In this document: positions 9,731 through 20,059 of the stretch, in pieces | How positions within the stretch are numbered: the stretch's first letter is position 1 | How the letters are laid out: every line of letters starts with the position of its first letter | Program-made: the position numbers and the translations under genes | Notes under the pieces: model-generated | The model's database searches: none | Told to the model about the DNA's origin: nothing | What the model saw: the letters and a program-made list of their open reading frames with translations, nothing else | Source: an uncultured Desulfobacter sp. | GTDB taxonomy: Bacteria; Desulfobacterota; Desulfobacteria; Desulfobacterales; Desulfobacteraceae | Assembly: GCA_963665095.1 (NCBI GenBank) | Contig: OY762069.1 | Location: 2,880,001 to 2,944,000 of the forward strand | Reading direction: 5' to 3' | DNA: 64,000 nt

Positions 9731-10942
9731 TTATGCAGGGGATTTGGGTGCCCTTTTGTTACGGATCAACAGCCAGGTAACAAGCGCAAAACCACCGGCA
9801 TAAATAGCCATACGGGCAATCACATGAATCGTGCTGGTCCATTCAAGGGAGATAAACCACATGGCAAATGCGGCCACGATAAAATAGAGAAATACCATTA
9901 AAGACGAGGCAGTACCGGCGCCATGATCCACCTGCTGCAGCACCAGATGGTTGCTCGGTGGCCGGCTTAACCCGAAGCAGAAGGAGGCAATGGCCATGGG
10001 CAGGGCAAGCCCCCAGGGTCCGGTGACCACATCCGAATACATGAAAAGACCTGCCACCAGTATCCCGGCGAAACTGATGGTGAGAATTTTTTCAGACGCC
10101 AGATGTCTCTGAATCCTTGCACAGACAAAAGAGCCTGTCATAATCGCTATGGCATTAAATGCAAAAAAATAGCTGAATACCTGCTCAGAGGTGCCAAAGT
10201 GGGTAATATAAATGCTGGAGGCAGACCCGATAAAGGAAAAATGAGGCAGGACAATGATTGAAAACAGCAGCACCAGTCCGATGTATCCCCGGTTGCGGAA
10301 CAATTTCAGATAAAGCCCCATGGTGGCCAGAATACTGATATCCTCGGTCTCCTCCAGCGGCTCTTTCAGCCAGGTCAGCCCGGCAATGGCAATGGTCCCC
10401 ATGCCCGCCTGCACAAAAAAGACCCAGTGCCAGGAGAAATACGTCATGATCAGGCCGCCAAACACCGGCGCCAGCATGGGTGCCAGCGCCATAATCACTG
10501 CCATATAGGCAAGGATGCGCTGCCGCTGCTCTCCATCGTACAGGTCTTTGGTTATGGCCATGGAGATCACCACTCCGGAGGAGGCCCCAACGCCCTGCAG
10601 CACCCGCAGACAGATAAGATAATAGATATCACTTACAAATCCGCTTAAAATACTGCTGGCAATATACAGAACAATACCGGCAATCAGCGGCGGTTTCCGG
10701 CCGTATTTGTCTGACAGGGGCCCGTACAGAAGCATGCTGAAACAAAACCCGATAAAAAAACCACTCAGGGTCAGGTTTACAACGCTCATGGGCTGCTGCC
10801 ACATTTTTTGCAGAAGCGGCAGGGCCGGAAGATACATATCCGTAGATAATGGCGGAAATGCTGATAGAAGCGCCAACAGGCACATCATTTTAAAGGTCTG
10901 GTTTTTCATTAACAAAATTTCTATATGTTTATCTACGCTCAT
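9731..10942 (-). CDS. Bcr/CflA family MFS efflux transporter
   Basis: PPLSTDMYLPALP and GPLSDKYGRKP; 12-TM pattern; start could be 10909-10975. Confidence 0.9.
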   Translation of the reverse strand: MSVDKHIEILLMKNQTFKMMCLLALLSAFPPLSTDMYLPALPLLQKMWQQPMSVVNLTLSGFFIGFCFSMLLYGPLSDKYGRKPPLIAGIVLYIASSILSGFVSDIYYLICLRVLQGVGASSGVVISMAITKDLYDGEQRQRILAYMAVIMALAPMLAPVFGGLIMTYFSWHWVFFVQAGMGTIAIAGLTWLKEPLEETEDISILATMGLYLKLFRNRGYIGLVLLFSIIVLPHFSFIGSASSIYITHFGTSEQVFSYFFAFNAIAIMTGSFVCARIQRHLASEKILTISFAGILVAGLFMYSDVVTGPWGLALPMAIASFCFGLSRPPSNHLVLQQVDHGAGTASSLMVFLYFIVAAFAMWFISLEWTSTIHVIARMAIYAGGFALVTWLLIRNKRAPKSPA

Positions 10943-11087
10943 AACCGGATAAACTCCATTCCGGCTTTTATCCACTCAAACCCTTGTTGCCGCAGTTAAA
11001 TTGTGGCAAAAAAGAACTAATTTTATGCTAAATGGCCTATTATTTCAATCAAAGAAAGATCAAAGCGGTGAATGGTTGATAAATCCC

Positions 11088-11115
11088 TTGACATTCTTAA
11101 TTTTTCCGGTATGAT
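11088..11115 (+). promoter_or_regulatory. Sigma70 promoter of the csp gene
   Basis: TTGACA (11088-93), 16 nt spacer, TATGAT (11110-15). Confidence 0.7.
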
Positions 11116-11238
11116 ACGCCAAATGCACTTTTTGTATGTGCATATGTTCCTTACCTTAAGGTGTATATCCAAATTTTTCTGTGATTACCCCCAAAGTTTG
11201 AAGCAAATTTTTATTTTTTTATTTAGGAGAGTGCCAAC

Positions 11239-11442
11239 ATGGCAAAAGGTACCGTAAAGTGGTTTAACGAGACTAAAGGTTTTGGATTTATTGAAGTAGA
11301 AGATGGTGGAAAAGATGTTTTTGTCCATCATTCAGGTATTAACGCAACAGGATTTAAATCCCTGAATGAAGGCGATAGAGTCTCATTTGACATTGAGCAG
11401 GGTCCTAAAGGGCCGTCTGCTTCAAATGTTACAGTGTTGTAA
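11239..11442 (+). CDS. cspA: Cold-shock protein (CspA family)
   Basis: GTVKWFN..KGFGFI and DVFVHHS RNP motifs; RBS AGGAG. Confidence 0.97.
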   Translation: MAKGTVKWFNETKGFGFIEVEDGGKDVFVHHSGINATGFKSLNEGDRVSFDIEQGPKGPSASNVTVL

Positions 11443-11559
11443 CAGACCACTTTTCATTTATATCTGCCGTGGGCGGATCGGATTTTATTGTTTCTAATTC
11501 ACTCCGCGACAAACATAAAAGGGCTTTGACCTAAAAGTTCTTTTATTTGAATAGTGATT

Positions 11560-11595
11560 AAAGCCCCTGAGGATTATTACCCCGGGGGCTTTTTG
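11560..11595 (+). terminator. Rho-independent terminator downstream of csp
   Basis: aagcccctgagg...cccgggggc followed by ttttt. Confidence 0.6.
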
Positions 11596-11867
11596 CGTTT
11601 GGGCACCATGCCTGAAGCCGAATTTAATACCGGTCAGGGCTTCGTCGCCTTTGACCGCAGCTTGTTTGACGGGCTTAAACCAGCCCCCATAAGGTATTCC
11701 CTTATAGACATCTATCCAGATAGGTGATAGTGAACTGGACGAGATTGAATTTCCAATAAAGCTGCATCTGATTCCCGGCCCACTTTGTCTATCCCCATGT
11801 GTCCTTATTGGTTGGATTTTCAACGTCTCAAATTGTAATGCAATCCAGCCAAAGGAGTAAAAAACTG

Positions 11868-12413
11868 ATGAAAATTCGATCTGAAAATTTTAAATCGGTT
11901 TCGCTGATTAGAATGATCCTGATGTTTTCACTTCTTTTGTGTTTTTCATGTGCCAAATCAACGCCACCGCCAAAACAGGCGCTCATCACCCCGGAAGAGA
12001 TCGAGTATTTTAAGCCGGAGCTCAACTCCAGGGAAGACGCTGTCACTCTTTTAAACAGGTTGCTGATTAAAAACAGCAGAGACCCTTTTTGGTTCAGACT
12101 TATTTTTCAAAAAAGAGAGAAATTCTCAGGATATGCCTATTTTGACTGCAGCATTGAGGGAATATCAGACCAAGGGTTTGATATATCTACACTACAGATT
12201 ACCGGCCTTGAAAAGTGGACTGATTTTAACTATTTAGTACCCTATACGTATCCAGCGCTGCAGACGTATCAGGGGGCATGGGTGATTTCATTTAATCCCC
12301 ATATCAGCCAGCCAAAAAAAATAAAAACAGCTGTCGTCGGCTTTCATAGAAAAGACATGACCATAGCGGTGTATCATTGTCTATACTATTTGGCTACGGG
12401 GAAAACACTGTGA
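11868..12413 (+). CDS. Hypothetical lipoprotein
   Basis: RBS AAGGAG; hydrophobic stretch ending in CFSC-AK lipobox-like motif; stop overlaps the next start (GTGA). Confidence 0.65.
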   Translation: MKIRSENFKSVSLIRMILMFSLLLCFSCAKSTPPPKQALITPEEIEYFKPELNSREDAVTLLNRLLIKNSRDPFWFRLIFQKREKFSGYAYFDCSIEGISDQGFDISTLQITGLEKWTDFNYLVPYTYPALQTYQGAWVISFNPHISQPKKIKTAVVGFHRKDMTIAVYHCLYYLATGKTL

Positions 12414-13564
12414 AGCATTTAAAAATTGCTGGATTCGTCTTTTTATTTATTACCGCCCTTGTTCATGAGGGAACTGCATCCAAATCCGTAATGCTAAGTG
12501 CTGTCCATCAGGACATCTACGCCTTGCTAATTGGAATATCCGACTACAAAGATGAAACCATTCCAGACCTCGATTATACTTTTAACGACATTATCCTTCT
12601 GGGAACAACCCTTGTGGAATCATTGGGCGTGGCCCCTGATCTGATGAAGGTATTAGTTGATTCGGCTGCCAGCAAAGTGAATATTGAAAATCAGCTTCAT
12701 CGGCTTGCAGAGCACACCACTCCGTCTGATCTTGTCATCATATATTTCAGTGGTCACGGTGCAGTAGGGAAGGACCGGGACGGGGATGAATCTGATGGCA
12801 CTGACGAATATATTCTTCCATGGGATACCCAAAGAGGCAAGCTTTATACTGCCATTTCAGACGATATGCTGGGCTACCTGCTCTCCATGATAACAGCAAA
12901 AACCATTCTGATTTTTGATTCATGTTATAGCGGCGGCGCGGCAAAAGGGGTCAGAGGATTCAGCATGGCCAAATCAAACACCAGGGCCACTAACAAAGAC
13001 AGCCTTTTAAGAGATGTCTCAAGAGAAAATATTGCCGTTCTTACCGCATCAAAACCAGAAGAACTGGCCCAGGAATCTGCCAGACTGGGAAAGGGCAACG
13101 GACTTTTTACTTACTTTTTATGCAAGGGATTACAGGAGAAAAAGGAAAACCAGAATACCAGACTAACCATTGAAGACTGGTATAAAGATATCAATAACAA
13201 GGTGAACCGGTGGACATATGCCAATGAAATGCCAAAACAGACCCCTTCCTATATCAACAAACTGGGCAAGGGGTTCCTGCTTCCACTCTCCTCGACAACT
13301 AAAAAAGCAAAATGGCGATATAAAGAGTCTCAAAAAACTATTGCCCAACCTGCTCAACAAAAAAAAATACTGGTAAATGACGGTTACTATAAGACCGTCC
13401 GGGTGGGTGGAAAATGGAAATCGACCGGACAGTATGGCGGCATGGTCTTTGTGCCGGGTGAAGAAAAAAAAATATGGGTGGAACCTGAGTACCAATACAT
13501 AGAAATTCCTGCCGTATATAAAGATCAGCCCACAGGTGAAATTGTTTTTTATACAATCGATTAA
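12410..13564 (+). CDS. Exported caspase-family (peptidase C14, metacaspase-like) protease
   Basis: YALLIGISDY, catalytic YFSGHG and FDSCYSG, GLFTYFL; N-terminal signal-like segment after GTG 12410. Confidence 0.9.
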   Translation: MKHLKIAGFVFLFITALVHEGTASKSVMLSAVHQDIYALLIGISDYKDETIPDLDYTFNDIILLGTTLVESLGVAPDLMKVLVDSAASKVNIENQLHRLAEHTTPSDLVIIYFSGHGAVGKDRDGDESDGTDEYILPWDTQRGKLYTAISDDMLGYLLSMITAKTILIFDSCYSGGAAKGVRGFSMAKSNTRATNKDSLLRDVSRENIAVLTASKPEELAQESARLGKGNGLFTYFLCKGLQEKKENQNTRLTIEDWYKDINNKVNRWTYANEMPKQTPSYINKLGKGFLLPLSSTTKKAKWRYKESQKTIAQPAQQKKILVNDGYYKTVRVGGKWKSTGQYGGMVFVPGEEKKIWVEPEYQYIEIPAVYKDQPTGEIVFYTID

Positions 13565-13632
13565 TGTATGAATAGCGTTCCAATCATTGGGTTCGCTGTC
13601 TTTATCAGCAACAGTTTTATACAGGAGGAAAA

Positions 13633-13923
13633 ATGAAAAACTTTGCGATTGTGGTGGTGGCAGTATGTCTGTTTCTGACTGTTGGATGCGCCAGCGGACC
13701 GAGAACAAGGTATCAATGGGTCCATCCAGATAAAAATTCAACCCAGTACACCAGGGATTACAATGAATGTAATGAAGCTGTATCAAAAAATGTTAATTTA
13801 CGGCTGAAAAGTGCTTTGGGCTGGGCAAAAGGCAACACCAGCGCAGCGGATAATGAATGGCGGCAAAGAATTAACTCATGCCTGGAAGATAAAGGCTGGC
13901 ATTTGGAAGAAATTCAGGAATAA
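13633..13923 (+). CDS. Small lipoprotein (two-Cys, WxHP...D...C...CLxxKGW type)
   Basis: Lipobox TVGC; RBS AGGAGG; visibly similar to the next ORF. Confidence 0.75.
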   Translation: MKNFAIVVVAVCLFLTVGCASGPRTRYQWVHPDKNSTQYTRDYNECNEAVSKNVNLRLKSALGWAKGNTSAADNEWRQRINSCLEDKGWHLEEIQE

Positions 13924-13928
13924 AATCA

Positions 13929-14186
13929 ATGAAAATCAACTATCTGATAACAATCAGCACCTTTTGTTTCCTTTTTATGGGGTGTGGTGGTCATACCGTC
14001 GCATCCTACACCTGGACCCATCCTGAAAAAGACAATTCACAATTTGCCAAAGACCAGCAAGCGTGCATTGATCAGCTAAATCAGGATCAGATATCCAATG
14101 CAATTGGCAATACCCAGAACACTACCGCAGAAAAAGACTTTAACAGGTGCCTGAGAAGCAAAGGCTGGTCCTTTACAGGGTATTGA
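13929..14186 (+). CDS. Small lipoprotein, paralog of 13633-13923
   Basis: Lipobox FMGC; YTWTHPEK...D..AC...CLRSKGW. Confidence 0.75.
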   Translation: MKINYLITISTFCFLFMGCGGHTVASYTWTHPEKDNSQFAKDQQACIDQLNQDQISNAIGNTQNTTAEKDFNRCLRSKGWSFTGY

Positions 14187-14444
14187 AACGACAAACGCCA
14201 TCTGATGGGTTTGGCAATATTGTCCGGGATATTATTTTAAATTTTGTATTTGTAAAGGATATGCAAAACCAGGACATCCTGTCTTGAAAAATGACCCTTT
14301 CACTGGTTGGCAAATTGGAACAGTCATGAATGAAAGCAGCTTAATATGGGTTGCGATCAGAAATAAACTATTTGATCATTTCGCACTAAAATTATAGTTT
14401 AAGGTTATCTTTAAATAAAACTTGATAATGACAAATAGTACTTC

Positions 14445-16472
14445 GTGACAAACATCATAAAAGAAAAAATATATAGAATATCTATATCAGTACTATTTGG
14501 CATTATCGGCTTTTTTGTCAATTTTAACACGATAATGTTCCCCTTTGGGGATTACACCGTAGCCATACTTTTGGGCCTGCTGTTTCCCCTTCTCATCTCC
14601 ATTAGCTGGGGGTGGAAATACGGATTGCTTTCAGCTCTGTCAGGCGGCACACAAACCATGTGGTGGCTGTGGGGTCCCTCAAACGGTTATGCCGTATTTT
14701 TGATCGTACCACCGTTTACACTCTGGATCGTCTGGCACGGATATCTTGCCGGAAGACGTAAACGGGGAAAGTACAGGTGGTGGTTTAACATATACTTATG
14801 GGAAATCCCCTTCCGGTTTCTCAACACGCTAAACCTTCTGACAATAACCAGATGGGCTGTACAGCAAAACCCGCCACACTGGAAATGGGCGTCCAACGCG
14901 ACAAATACTGTTTCATTCGAGTTTTCTTCATTTGTGGCAATCAAGCAGGCCATCATCGCCTACATCCTGCTGCTGTCCGCAGATGTACTTTTAAACCTTG
15001 CACCGGTGCGGCAGTTTTTCAGACTGAAACCCAGATCAAACCAGAAACATACCGGATATATAATCAGCTTTACCCTGCTTTTAGGTTTTTCTTACTGGTT
15101 TCTGGACAGTGTTCTGTACACCTATCTGGCCAAAGACAATCTCACCTTTATTGATTATCTGGCACGAAATATTCCACGGACCAACCTTACCACAAGAGTC
15201 GTTTTCATCATATGCAGTCTGACAGCAGGGCTTATCACGTCACATCTGCTTCGCCGTCAGAAAACCGATGAAATTGCCCTGCAAAAAGTTCAAAAGGAAG
15301 CCACAAACCGGGAAGCGCTTTTATCATCTCTGATTAGTGCCATCCCGGATTTAGTATGGCTTAAAGATGAAAATGGCGTATATCTGGCCTGCAATTCCCG
15401 GTTTGAAGACTTCTTCGGTGCAAAAGAACGCGATATTATCGGCAAGACGGATTATGACTTTGTTGGCAAAGAACTGGCTGATTTTTTTAGAATGCATGAT
15501 AAGAATGTAATGATAAAGTGCAGTGCCTGCACAAATGAAGAGGAGATAACGTTTGCAAACGACGGGCATTGTGAGTTGCTGGAAACGACAAAAACGCCAA
15601 TGTATAACAAAAATGGCGAGCTAATCGGGATATTGGGTATCGGTCGCGACATTACAGAGCGGAAAAAGACACAGGAAATGCTCATCCAGTCTGAAAAAAT
15701 ACTCTCCGTGGGCGGACTTGCGGCAGGTATGGCCCATGAAATCAACAACCCCCTGGCCGGCATGGTGCAAAATGCCTATGTTATGAAATCCCGGCTGGCA
15801 GGTGTTAATATCCCGGCAAATCAGCAGGCGGCGGCAGCACTTGGCATCCGCATGGAGGATATCACTGCCTTTTTAGAAAAAAGAAATATTTTCCGAATGC
15901 TTGATGCCATCCAGGAATCAGGTGCCCGTGCCGCTGAAATCGTCAACAGTATGCTCAATTTTGCCAGAAAATCAGACACCAGCTTCTCCTCCCATTATCC
16001 TGACCAACTGATGGATACGATTCTTGACCTGGCGGCAACGGACTACGATCTGAAAAAACAGTATGATTTTAAATCCATTGAAATTGTAAAAGAATATGCT
16101 GACAATCTACCCATGCTGGCCTGTGAAGGGGCAAAAATTCAACAAGTGATGCTCAACATCCTTAAGAATGGTGCCCAGGCTCTGCATATGGCAAAAACAA
16201 AGTCACCCAGGCTTACACTCAGAGTCTACAGCAAGGGGGTGCCTGAAATGATTCATATAGAAATAGAGGACAATGGGCCGGGCATGGATGAACAAACCCG
16301 TTCAAAAGTGTTTGATCCTTTTTTTACAACAAAACCGGTTGGAATTGGTACGGGATTAGGGCTGTCGGTTTCTTATTTTATCATCACTGAAAACCATAAC
16401 GGTACAATAGACGTTATTTCTGAACCGGGAAAGGGCACGAATTTTATTATCCGACTCCCGGTTAACGGGTAA
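14445..16472 (+). CDS. Membrane-bound PAS sensor histidine kinase
   Basis: Multi-TM N-terminus, PAS/PAC, H-box AHEINNPL, DNGPGM, FFTTK and GTGLGL. Confidence 0.92.
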   Translation: MTNIIKEKIYRISISVLFGIIGFFVNFNTIMFPFGDYTVAILLGLLFPLLISISWGWKYGLLSALSGGTQTMWWLWGPSNGYAVFLIVPPFTLWIVWHGYLAGRRKRGKYRWWFNIYLWEIPFRFLNTLNLLTITRWAVQQNPPHWKWASNATNTVSFEFSSFVAIKQAIIAYILLLSADVLLNLAPVRQFFRLKPRSNQKHTGYIISFTLLLGFSYWFLDSVLYTYLAKDNLTFIDYLARNIPRTNLTTRVVFIICSLTAGLITSHLLRRQKTDEIALQKVQKEATNREALLSSLISAIPDLVWLKDENGVYLACNSRFEDFFGAKERDIIGKTDYDFVGKELADFFRMHDKNVMIKCSACTNEEEITFANDGHCELLETTKTPMYNKNGELIGILGIGRDITERKKTQEMLIQSEKILSVGGLAAGMAHEINNPLAGMVQNAYVMKSRLAGVNIPANQQAAAALGIRMEDITAFLEKRNIFRMLDAIQESGARAAEIVNSMLNFARKSDTSFSSHYPDQLMDTILDLAATDYDLKKQYDFKSIEIVKEYADNLPMLACEGAKIQQVMLNILKNGAQALHMAKTKSPRLTLRVYSKGVPEMIHIEIEDNGPGMDEQTRSKVFDPFFTTKPVGIGTGLGLSVSYFIITENHNGTIDVISEPGKGTNFIIRLPVNG

Positions 16473-16565
16473 AATGACAATTTTTTAATTTCAGGCCCCG
16501 GCATTTATTGAGCAGTATTAAATTATCGGAGTCATAATCCTATTCTTCCACCAGGGGGGGGTGTT

Positions 16566-17588
16566 TTGTTCACTGAAAAAAGCAGTATTGCAGTGGTGGG
16601 GGCCGGTGCCATCGGCGGTGTGTCTGCCGCCCTGATCAAGCAGGCCGGGTACGATGATCTGGAGCTTGTCTGCAAACATACGGATCTGGCTGGGCAAATA
16701 AGGGAAAAGGGGCTCAAAATCACCGGTATCAAAGGGGACTGCAATGTCAAAATGAATGCAGTGGCAACGATTCCGGAAATGTCCGGCCCCAAGGATCTGG
16801 TGCTTCTGGCCACCAAGGCCAATGATTGTATTGCAGCGGCCCAGGATCTGCTGCCTTTTCTTAAGCCTGATTCTGTGGTGGTCTCTTTCCAGAACGGCAT
16901 CAGTGAGCCTGCTCTGGCCCACGTGCTGGGCAAAGACAGGGTCATCGGCTGTGTGGTGGGCTGGGGTGCCAGCCATGAGACGCCTGGTGAACTGGAAGTG
17001 ACATCAGAAGGAGAGTTTGTCATTGGCCATCTGGATGGGCAGACAGATGACCGCCTTGTATCTGTTCAGCGGATGCTCAGCCGAGTGAACCCCACACGGA
17101 TTACCGCCAACATCATGGGTGAACTGTATGCCAAGCTCATTATCAACGCCTGCATCAACTCCCTTGGTGTTATTGGCGGTGTCCGGCTGGGGACGTTGCT
17201 TTCGGACAAAAGGGCCAGGACGGTTTTTGTTCTGATCATGCGTGAGGCCCTGGCTGTTGCCCAGGCCATGGGTATCAAGGTCGAGCCGGCTGCCGGAGGG
17301 AAACTGAACTATTACGCATTTCTGGGTGACGGGGTCTGGGCCCGGATGAAACGGGATCTCACCATTCGGCTGATGGGTGTCAAATACAGCAGAATCAAAT
17401 CATCAAGCCTGCAGTCCTTAGAGCGCGGTCGCCCAACGGAAATTGACTTTCTAAATGGTTATATCTGCGATAACGGCAGGGGAAAAGGTGTGCAGACCCC
17501 CGTGAACGATACAGTAAAAAAACTGGTGTATGAGATCGAGGCTGGGATCCGGCCCATGGCCATGGACAACCTTGACGACTTTTTTTAA
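16566..17588 (+). CDS. panE: Ketopantoate reductase family (ApbA/PanE)
   Basis: VVGAGAIGG, FQNG, KLIINACIN and SSSLQSLERGRPTEIDFLNG. Confidence 0.88.
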   Translation: MFTEKSSIAVVGAGAIGGVSAALIKQAGYDDLELVCKHTDLAGQIREKGLKITGIKGDCNVKMNAVATIPEMSGPKDLVLLATKANDCIAAAQDLLPFLKPDSVVVSFQNGISEPALAHVLGKDRVIGCVVGWGASHETPGELEVTSEGEFVIGHLDGQTDDRLVSVQRMLSRVNPTRITANIMGELYAKLIINACINSLGVIGGVRLGTLLSDKRARTVFVLIMREALAVAQAMGIKVEPAAGGKLNYYAFLGDGVWARMKRDLTIRLMGVKYSRIKSSSLQSLERGRPTEIDFLNGYICDNGRGKGVQTPVNDTVKKLVYEIEAGIRPMAMDNLDDFF

Positions 17589-17700
17589 TTAAGTTGCTGC
17601 AATCAATGTGTGCCGGGGAAATCGTGGACACCCCTTGTGCAGGCAGGTCAAAAAGTGGATAATGCGCCGACTTTGACTTACCTTACTGAACAGGGCAACT

Positions 17701-18276
17701 ATGAAAGAGAAAACAGTGCAATTAAAAGAGATTTACGCATCCTTTGAGGCAGATACCCGGGATCTGGTCGAGGGTCATGCCTGCACCCGGGGCTGCAGTT
17801 TCTGCTGTGAGCAGGCCGGCAGCATTGATATCACCACCCTGGAGGGAATGGCGATCCGCAAGGCCATGGAGAAAATGCCCAGGCCCCGGCAGAAAACCCT
17901 GACCAAAGCATTTCGAAATGAAATAAAGCTGCGGGAAGCCAAGAAAACGACCGCCTGTCCCTTTCTCATGAAAAACAGCGCCTGCATGATTTATGAGCAC
18001 CGACCCTTTTCCTGCCGAAGAATCTATTCCGCCCATGTCTGCTCCCAAACGGCACCGCCGGCAGTGAGCCGCCAGGTCATGGAGCGGGCGGACCAGACCA
18101 TTGCACAGTTACAGAAGCTTGACGACACCGGATATTCCGGCCATCTCTCCTACATCCTGTACATGCTGTCGGTTCCGGCTTTTTTTAAGACCTACACGGA
18201 CGGGGCGTATAAACCCGAGGAAATTATGGAATTTGGAAAGGCACACAGGATTGTCATTAACCGGATGATGGTGTGA
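17701..18276 (+). CDS. YkgJ family cysteine-cluster protein
   Basis: CTRGCSFCC ... CPFL...CMIYEHRPFSCR. Confidence 0.88.
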   Translation: MKEKTVQLKEIYASFEADTRDLVEGHACTRGCSFCCEQAGSIDITTLEGMAIRKAMEKMPRPRQKTLTKAFRNEIKLREAKKTTACPFLMKNSACMIYEHRPFSCRRIYSAHVCSQTAPPAVSRQVMERADQTIAQLQKLDDTGYSGHLSYILYMLSVPAFFKTYTDGAYKPEEIMEFGKAHRIVINRMMV

Positions 18277-18549
18277 ATCCAGTTTCGTTCCTTTACTTTA
18301 GTTCTCTGGTATGGTCTTGTAGTTATCAGTCTCCTTTATACCCGTCTGTGATTTGGGTTAAACAATAACGGGGGGACTGCATCCTGCGATCTTAAAACAG
18401 CATTTACGGATGTTACAGGTACATGTTATTTCTTTTTGAGTGAATGGGGTCCTGACAACAGGCTTTAGGGCTGCTGCTGTCAAAAGAATGCGTTGCCTTG
18501 GTGGGGTTTCTTTATTTCGCCTTCCAAGGCGTTTTCACTGGGATTTGAT

Positions 18550-20013
18550 ATGAAAAATAGATCAAAGCCGTCAAAGTTTGACTACAACCTGGTGGTGATC
18601 GGTGCCGGTTCCGCAGGCCTTGTGACCTCCTATATTGCCGCAACGGTCAAGGCGGGGGTGGCATTGATCGAAAAGGACAAAATGGGAGGCGACTGCCTGA
18701 ACACCGGGTGTGTGCCCAGCAAAGCCCTGCTGCGTTCGGCAAAGATGCTCTCCTATGCCCGAAGGGCCAAGGAATTCGGTTTTGATCATACCCATGTGGA
18801 CTTTCAGTTTAAAACCGTCATGGCCCGGGTGGGAAAGATCATCAAGAAAATAGAACCCCATGATTCTGTTCAAAGGTATACCGAACTCGGGGTTGACTGC
18901 ATTCAGGGGGAGGCTCATATTCTCTCCCCGTACGAAGTTGAAGTGAACGGCAAAATCATCACCACCCGCAGTATTGTGGTGGCAACAGGGGCCCGGCCCA
19001 GGGTCCCGTCCATCCCCGGACTTGACCAGGTGCCGTATCTTACCTCTGATACGGTCTGGTCTTTAAAGGAATTGCCCCGGCGACTGGTGGTGGTCGGGGG
19101 CGGGCCCATTGGATGCGAACTTGGCCAGGCCTTTGCCCGTCTTGGGGCTGAAGTTTCCATAGTCGGCAGGGCTTCCCGGATTATGGGCCGGGAGGATAAG
19201 GAGGTGTCTGATTTTATGGAGGCGTCCTTTGCCCGGGAAGGTATTCAGGTCCTCACCGGGCAAACGGTCAAAGAGATCCGGGTGGCGGACGGTGAAAAAC
19301 AATTGATTTGCAGCAGGCATCCGGAAGAGAAGGATATGGTGATTCCTTTTGACACTGTTTTGCTTGCCGTGGGCCGTGTGGCAAACACCAAAGGGTTTGG
19401 ACTGGAAAAAATGGGGGTGGCACTGAATCCCGACGGCACCATTAAAACCAACAAGTGGCTGCAGACCACCATTCCCAATATTTATGCGGCCGGTGATGTG
19501 GCAGGGCCTTATCAGTTCACCCATGTGGCCTCCCACCAGGCCTGGTATGCATCGGTAAACGCATTGTTCGGCGCGTTTAAAAAGTTTGCGGCAGACTACA
19601 GAGTGATCCCCTGGTGCACCTTTACCGATCCCGAAGTGGCCCGGGTGGGGATGAATGAAACGGACTGTCTTGGCGCCGGCATCCCTTACGAGGTCACCCG
19701 GTACGGGATTGACGATCTGGACCGGGCCATTGCCGATTCCGAAGACAAAGGCTTTGTAAAGGTTTTGACCAAACCCAAAAAGGACAAAATCCTGGGGGTG
19801 ACCATTGTGGGGTCCCATGCCGGTGACCTGATCCACGAATTTATTCTGGCCATGAAATACAATATTGGACTGAATAAAATTCTTGGCACCATTCATATTT
19901 ACCCGACCCTGGCAGAGTCCGGCCGATTTGCGGCAGGCGTCTGGAAAAGGGCCAGGGTTCCGAAAACGGCCCTTGGAATTGTGGAACGGTTTCTGGCCTG
20001 GCAGCGAAGATAA
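18550..20013 (+). CDS. Class I pyridine nucleotide-disulfide oxidoreductase (LpdA/MerA-like)
   Basis: IGAGSAG, redox GGDCLNTGCVPSK, GGGPIGCE and HIYPTLAE; lacks the MerA C-terminal Cys-Cys pair. Confidence 0.9.
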   Translation: MKNRSKPSKFDYNLVVIGAGSAGLVTSYIAATVKAGVALIEKDKMGGDCLNTGCVPSKALLRSAKMLSYARRAKEFGFDHTHVDFQFKTVMARVGKIIKKIEPHDSVQRYTELGVDCIQGEAHILSPYEVEVNGKIITTRSIVVATGARPRVPSIPGLDQVPYLTSDTVWSLKELPRRLVVVGGGPIGCELGQAFARLGAEVSIVGRASRIMGREDKEVSDFMEASFAREGIQVLTGQTVKEIRVADGEKQLICSRHPEEKDMVIPFDTVLLAVGRVANTKGFGLEKMGVALNPDGTIKTNKWLQTTIPNIYAAGDVAGPYQFTHVASHQAWYASVNALFGAFKKFAADYRVIPWCTFTDPEVARVGMNETDCLGAGIPYEVTRYGIDDLDRAIADSEDKGFVKVLTKPKKDKILGVTIVGSHAGDLIHEFILAMKYNIGLNKILGTIHIYPTLAESGRFAAGVWKRARVPKTALGIVERFLAWQRR

Positions 20014-20059
20014 AAATTTTTGAACTTGATACTTAGAACTGGATATTTGAATAACTGCA

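Noticed and set aside
11608..11727. 39-codon ORF after the csp terminator
   Set aside because: No RBS or recognisable motif
18550..20013. Mercuric reductase merA
   Set aside because: No C-terminal Cys-Cys, no N-terminal HMA domain and no mer genes nearby
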